Positions 60,301 through 64,000 of a stretch of 64,000 bases of DNA are shown here, piece by piece. The notes under the pieces are model-generated. The model was given only the letters and a program-made list of their open reading frames with translations. It did no database searches and was not told where the DNA came from. The position numbers and the translations under genes were made by a program. The number at the start of each line of letters is the position of its first letter. Position 1 is the stretch's first letter. Source of the stretch: an uncultured Bdellovibrionales bacterium (GTDB lineage Bacteria > Patescibacteriota > Minisyncoccia > Moranbacterales > GWC2-37-73); contig CAZAFB010000005.1 of the NCBI GenBank assembly GCA_964484505.1, forward strand, positions 7,427 to 71,426, given 5' to 3'.

Positions 60301-60777
60301 ATATGGGTTAGAAACACAAAGTGTGTTGGTTCCAGTAGTGATGCCAGTTACGACTGCCGATTCTTTGAGGGTCGTGTTCCAAATTGTTTGCCCGACGGCG
60401 ATCGAATTTTCATTAGTGCCGGTCGCATAGACGATGCTCGTAAAACCACTGCCGCCGCATCCTGCAGCATTACGTGTTACGGTCGTGCTGGCTGTTTCGG
60501 TCCAAAGATTGGCATTGTTCAAAGATTCCGTCCAAACTGTCGATCCACCAGCCGCTGCATCATATAGTCTGAAAACAATGTCATAAGCCCCATCAGACAC
60601 AGGAATGGCGCTGCCGTCAGTTAACTTACCTTGATAGTTGATGTTTTCATTGAAAGCTGCGCTCGCTGCTGGAGATCCAACAAACAAAAACATAAAAATA
60701 GCCACAAAAAAGAGTAGCTCTCCTACTCGTAGCCCCCTAGTTACGGATTTTTTGTTTGTGTTAATTTTGATGCGCAT
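57334..60777 (-). CDS. Large secreted fibre-like surface protein (tail-fibre-like motifs)
   Basis: Signal peptide, INYQGKLTD..FRLYDA..WTE..GLFSV domain, RIGIGTNAPSATLDI, GSNTQIQYN, G/T/S-rich. Confidence 0.8.
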   Translation of the reverse strand: MRIKINTNKKSVTRGLRVGELLFFVAIFMFLFVGSPAASAAFNENINYQGKLTDGSAIPVSDGAYDIVFRLYDAAAGGSTVWTESLNNANLWTETASTTVTRNAAGCGGSGFTSIVYATGTNENSIAVGQTIWNTTLKESAVVTGITTGTNTLCVSNPYSSWANSDDLTNRVYVKSGLFSVMMGTVSSFSAIDFNQTLYLGVTVGNDPEMSPRKMIGALPAAFTAKTLNNNGSASIGTNAGSTLSIGNTTGAVTMNSGGTSAWTNTSGGLTISTATSGTLALNSAGALNLSSAAASTVTLANVANALNFDSDTLTIDALNNRIGIGTNAPSATLDIAGSMTDSNGTSSIYHNPTITQSVAGYTNYGYKMVLNNTLSWGTDTTYGIHVTNSSGAAGARHGIYAYAVNNAIYGQGGTYGVYGDNSAYGTGVGVYGKTTGTSAGNALKAESTTITSSNLSVFNQATSAFSGTGLLMNFANSTGSFTGNFVDLQKNSVSQFKIDANGAVTGGTYNGLTVSSTTGTLTLASGSTLATSGGNSVTLTSTGTTNATLPSGTVTLMANPMTAPGDLIYGGTSGSPTKLAGSGTNGWVLAYNTATNTPYWTAPGGGSQTPWTGDINAAGYDLGSLSNLLFQETTGTPTGTDVGFYRDNSGDLTGNVLTGKTLNIAVNGTDEYNFSSTGLAFNSNNITGLGTNLTAAGALTIASTSSGLTFDSGSNTTTIDSSDTALTASGVTTLTLGAGVTITNASGNINIQPAGTGTGNVQIGDGGTSSATPDLLVLDTGSAEPTGTVGAMYYSTALNKFRCYQNTSWTDCIGSVTGGSPAGSNTQIQYNSSGSFGANAGLTFDSSTQTLGLNGTDAAINMTGITTEPTAPAAGTMDFYAKSIAGRMMPKWIGPSGLDSIVQPMVAMNKVAWWNPPGNATTAPGVLGMAAQTIVSNGGTALTSRSVATTNLFTRMKRAGIVSTTTAGYIASMRNGTAQFTVGNGSGLGGFTYVARFGSTDAISAARAFVGFTSSTAVPTNVEPSTLTNAIGMCQLSTSNNWQICYGGSAAQTPIDLGANFPANTSSADMYELVLFAPTNVNNVVNYRVTRLGTAYQASGTLTAATPGTQLPAATTLLASRFWKTNNTAASVVGLDIASLYIETDY

Positions 60778-60851
60778 GCTGACAATTTTTGGCCTGAAAT
60801 AGATAAAAAACGGGCGTTCACCCGTTTTTTTCTCTACCTCTATATATGTTA

Positions 60852-60880
60852 ATTATAGCAGGTTTTTGGCCCGAAGTCAA
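60852..60880 (-). promoter_or_regulatory. Promoter of the fibre-like gene
   Basis: TTGACT-17-TATAAT. Confidence 0.65.
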
Positions 60881-60928
60881 CTGTTCTTTTTAGCTAAGAT
60901 AAGGCAATTTTAATAATTACAGCTCCCA

Positions 60929-60963
60929 GGAGGTTCAACCTCCCAAATGGAGGTTGAACCTCC
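60929..60963. repeat. REP-like doublet
   Basis: ggaggttcaacctcc caaat ggaggttgaacctcc (two palindromes in inverted orientation). Confidence 0.7.
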
Positions 60964-61059
60964 ACGAAGATCTTCCGAAAAATAAAACTCCCACAAAGGG
61001 AGTTTAAATGATGTTGACAAAAATTTGATACGTTTTTAGAGGAAGTTCGGCAAAAAATT

Positions 61060-62052
61060 TTAGCGGCCACTTCTTGCTTTTTTGATGATCCAGCGATTAT
61101 ACGTTCTAAACAGAAGAATCAAAACAGCCAGACCAACAAAAGCGATGAGCAACAATTGCCAAGGAATAATCCAAAAGTTTAAAACCATAGGTGCGGCTTG
61201 ACCTTGAGGCAAAACTACTGTCGCAATCGCTGCGTATCTACCAAAATGAAAATGTTTGAATTCATATTGCGCTTTCTGCCAAAAACTTTGAGGGCCATCT
61301 TTGTTTTCTTGCGCTTCCCAAATAAGGTCATAACGACGCGTACTATTGGGCAAAACATTACCGCCTTCTTCTTCGGAATTAGTCACTTTTAGCTCAGCTG
61401 CTTTTTTATTAAAAATATTTTTGATTTCAATTGTGCCGCCCGGCTTGAAGTGAACATTGCCTGTGTTTTCCACGCGCAGTTCCATATTCACCGGCACGTA
61501 TTCAAAGAATGATTTGTTATTCTTAAGTGAAAAACTTTTTATATTACCACCCTGTTTGGCTTCGCCGGTAACAGTGAGTAAAACCAAGGAACCGGTTTTG
61601 TAGTCAACGCTGACTCCATCCGGACCAGCCTGTTCATTCTTGCTAGGCGCGAAGAATGCAGCCGCATAATGACCTCCTGGTTCGGCATCTTTGGGGATTT
61701 CAATATTAATTATTACCGTTTGCCAATCCAGTGGGTTTATGGTGATGTTTCCCTCTGGCAAAGACATCCAGGAAGCCAGATCATGTGTAGATTCCTTTTC
61801 CGTACCTAAATCGGCAAATTCAGGCTCTCCGGCTCCGTTTTCTTTGGCTGTGAAATTGGTTGCGGTTGCTTTTACGGTTACTGCGTCTTTGGTTTCGTTA
61901 TATAGTTTGACGATATATTGCACCGTTTCTCCAGGATTTCCTGCCAATTCTTTAACCGGCGGAGAAACAGTAAGAGCGTGCGCATCGCGCACGCCTAAGA
62001 GCAAACTGGCAAAGGCAAACAGAGTTGCAATAGATACGGAATATTTTTTCAT
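61060..62052 (-). CDS. DUF916/WxL-interacting-like surface protein
   Basis: ALTVSPP, IEIPKDAEPGGHYAA, VENTGNVHFKP.G, NVLPNSTR, C-terminal TM plus basic tail. Confidence 0.75.
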   Translation of the reverse strand: MKKYSVSIATLFAFASLLLGVRDAHALTVSPPVKELAGNPGETVQYIVKLYNETKDAVTVKATATNFTAKENGAGEPEFADLGTEKESTHDLASWMSLPEGNITINPLDWQTVIINIEIPKDAEPGGHYAAAFFAPSKNEQAGPDGVSVDYKTGSLVLLTVTGEAKQGGNIKSFSLKNNKSFFEYVPVNMELRVENTGNVHFKPGGTIEIKNIFNKKAAELKVTNSEEEGGNVLPNSTRRYDLIWEAQENKDGPQSFWQKAQYEFKHFHFGRYAAIATVVLPQGQAAPMVLNFWIIPWQLLLIAFVGLAVLILLFRTYNRWIIKKARSGR

Positions 62053-62075
62053 ATGGCTATTTGGCCCCCAAATAA

Positions 62076-63167
62076 TCAGAATTTACCTGTCGCTACCAGT
62101 GTTAAGGTGTCCGCATAATCTCCAGGAGCGGTTGAAGCGGCTACCGCAGCTATGGTAGAAACATCAAAAGACGCTGACGATACGGCTGCGGTTGTGCTTG
62201 CTATGGTTTGAAATGAAGTGCTTATCGCTAAGTCGGAAGAAGAATCATGATCGAATGCCTCATCCAAAGTTATGTTTGAAGCGTTTTTCGCATATACTCC
62301 GAACCCTATGGTTCCTGCAGAAACTGCGGTACTCGCTCTGGATGTCAAAGTTGTCGCAGGACTCGAATTATACATACCACTGCCGGCTGCTGCGTTAGTG
62401 TCTTTCACTTCTATAACCAATCCGGACTGAGCATTAGTGGAAGCGGAGACAGTTGTTGGCGCACCATTACCTGGAACAGAGGCTGCGCCTACTTCATCGG
62501 CGGTAGCATAGCGAAGCGCCGCGGAAGTGATTGTCCCAAAACCGATTTGCGTATCAGTGATACTAAAAGTTAAAGTCGGATCAACTTTTCCAGTAATTGA
62601 AATCTGATCACTCGCCACAGTTACAAGAGCAATGTTTCTGGTATCAACATCGCTTCCATTGTTTGTTTTCACGGTAACAATAGATGCAGTGGCAGAATTG
62701 GCTGTGCCCAACACTCCGGTATTGCCAGATATTCTCACACCATAAGTCGTGCTGTTTGAAATGGCGCTGGAAAAAGTAACCGTTATCGTATCATAGCTAG
62801 AAGAACCAGATCCCTGAGTACAACTTGCGGAAAGTGTCCCAGGAAGAGCCGTAGCACTGTCATGCAAACTAGTTGTTGCTGCTGTCAACGTTCCCGCAGT
62901 TCGACACCACTGCCCATCATTCGCATCTGGAAAAACTATTATCAAGCTTCCGCTGGACATGCCGCCAGTTGATGAAGTAGTAAAGATTATTTCATGAGTT
63001 GCTCCAGTTGCCAAACTTGCCACATTACGATTCATATAGTCCCTTGCTTGCATTGATGCAGCCTCGGCATTAAAAACTGGTGTCACGATACTTGCAATCA
63101 AGATAAGTGCCAGTACATCCCTTCCGAGAAGTAATAGGTATTTTAATTTAAATCCGATTTTTTGCAT
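62076..63167 (-). CDS. Secreted WxL-like/pilin-like protein
   Basis: VDPTLTFSI, STNAQSG, C-terminus PGDYADTLTLVATGKF. Confidence 0.65.
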   Translation of the reverse strand: MQKIGFKLKYLLLLGRDVLALILIASIVTPVFNAEAASMQARDYMNRNVASLATGATHEIIFTTSSTGGMSSGSLIIVFPDANDGQWCRTAGTLTAATTSLHDSATALPGTLSASCTQGSGSSSYDTITVTFSSAISNSTTYGVRISGNTGVLGTANSATASIVTVKTNNGSDVDTRNIALVTVASDQISITGKVDPTLTFSITDTQIGFGTITSAALRYATADEVGAASVPGNGAPTTVSASTNAQSGLVIEVKDTNAAAGSGMYNSSPATTLTSRASTAVSAGTIGFGVYAKNASNITLDEAFDHDSSSDLAISTSFQTIASTTAAVSSASFDVSTIAAVAASTAPGDYADTLTLVATGKF

Positions 63168-63264
63168 ATATTTATATTTTTATTTTACTTTCAGAGAACA
63201 TCTTTTCTCTTGTGAATATGATAGCATGTTTTTGTCAAACCGACCACACGGCTGTTAATAACTT

Positions 63265-63978
63265 TCAGAATTTTCCGGTCATCACAACTGTCAAATTTGC
63301 CGAATAATCTCCCGCATCACTGATACCGCTAATATTGCCGATGAAAGAAGCGGTGTAATTGGTGTATGTGGATTGATTGGCTGATTCAGCAATAGTGTCT
63401 CCGGAAACGAATTTGTAGGCATCCGTTGTGCCATAGCCTGTTGCCGCTTGTCCGTTCCCCCCGCTGGGGTCATTGCCAATCGTAGGATTATTATTCTGCC
63501 TTAGGTTGAAACCGAATTGTTCATTGCCTGTGGATGGACCGGTTGGGCTTGATAGCGGGGTGATGGTGTGTGATGTCGAAGAAAGAGAGTTACCGTACAC
63601 GGAAATGGCATAGCCGCTTTTTGCCGTGGTGGCCGCCCGAAACGTAGCCGTGTCGGCTTTTACCAAATTATTTACCAATGTCCCCAGGTCTGCCGAATCT
63701 TTGGTTATTTCAAAAGTAAGCACCGACTCATTGCCAATCATTGCCAAAAAACCGGCGTCCATAATGTATGATGAACTGCGCAGCGCACCCGTTCCTACTT
63801 CGCCCAGCATGTTTTGCTCGACATATTCATTGGAAATCTGCCTACCTCCCCCAATACTGATTGCATCCGCGCTAATTAAATAATTTGAACTGTTCATGTC
63901 TGCGTGCACGCCAAAAGCCGCGCCCATGCACGCTATTATCAACAATACAATGAAAATATTTTTTGTTTTACAAATCAT
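63265..63978 (-). CDS. Secreted WxL-like/pilin-like protein
   Basis: MNSSNYLI, LTFEI..DLGTL, EQFGFNL, C-terminus AGDYSANLTVVMTGKF. Confidence 0.65.
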   Translation of the reverse strand: MICKTKNIFIVLLIIACMGAAFGVHADMNSSNYLISADAISIGGGRQISNEYVEQNMLGEVGTGALRSSSYIMDAGFLAMIGNESVLTFEITKDSADLGTLVNNLVKADTATFRAATTAKSGYAISVYGNSLSSTSHTITPLSSPTGPSTGNEQFGFNLRQNNNPTIGNDPSGGNGQAATGYGTTDAYKFVSGDTIAESANQSTYTNYTASFIGNISGISDAGDYSANLTVVMTGKF

Positions 63979-64000
63979 TTTTATTTTTCATCCTTTTCCC

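Noticed and set aside
57334-60777. Prophage
   Set aside because: Fibre-like gene has a signal peptide and no capsid, terminase or integrase neighbours

Overview
Chromosomal window from a small-genome bacterium, inferred to be CPR/Patescibacteria and probably Parcubacteria of the Moranbacteria type. The inference rests on the TrmB-like regulator, AAA_14/DUF4143 ATPase, short ObgE, giant Kelch/FN3 and fibre-like surface proteins, and mostly SD-less genes. Housekeeping genes include the rplT 3' end, lgt, PBP1A, typA, engB, rarA, obgE, dus, TrmH and BaiN. Envelope and surface genes include an L,D-transpeptidase, three lysozyme-like paralogs, two beta-lactamase-like hydrolases, an M23 peptidase, a ~2500 aa surface protein with an ABC exporter, a MarR-RND efflux operon and a WxL/DUF916-like cluster. 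The most unusual region is 49.94-52.31 kb. A perfect TTGACA-17-TATAAT promoter reads into ~780 nt of hairpin-dense DNA with no credible ORF, followed by three unrelated small ORFs. Each ORF carries the same leader (boxA-like GTTCTTTGAT, long hairpin, GC hairpin with covariation, strong SD) and they are separated by terminator-like hairpins. Several dispersed palindromic or repeat families also occur, one inserted in-frame in dus. No rRNA, tRNA, CRISPR array, transposase or integrase was recognised. All calls are by eye, without database searches.
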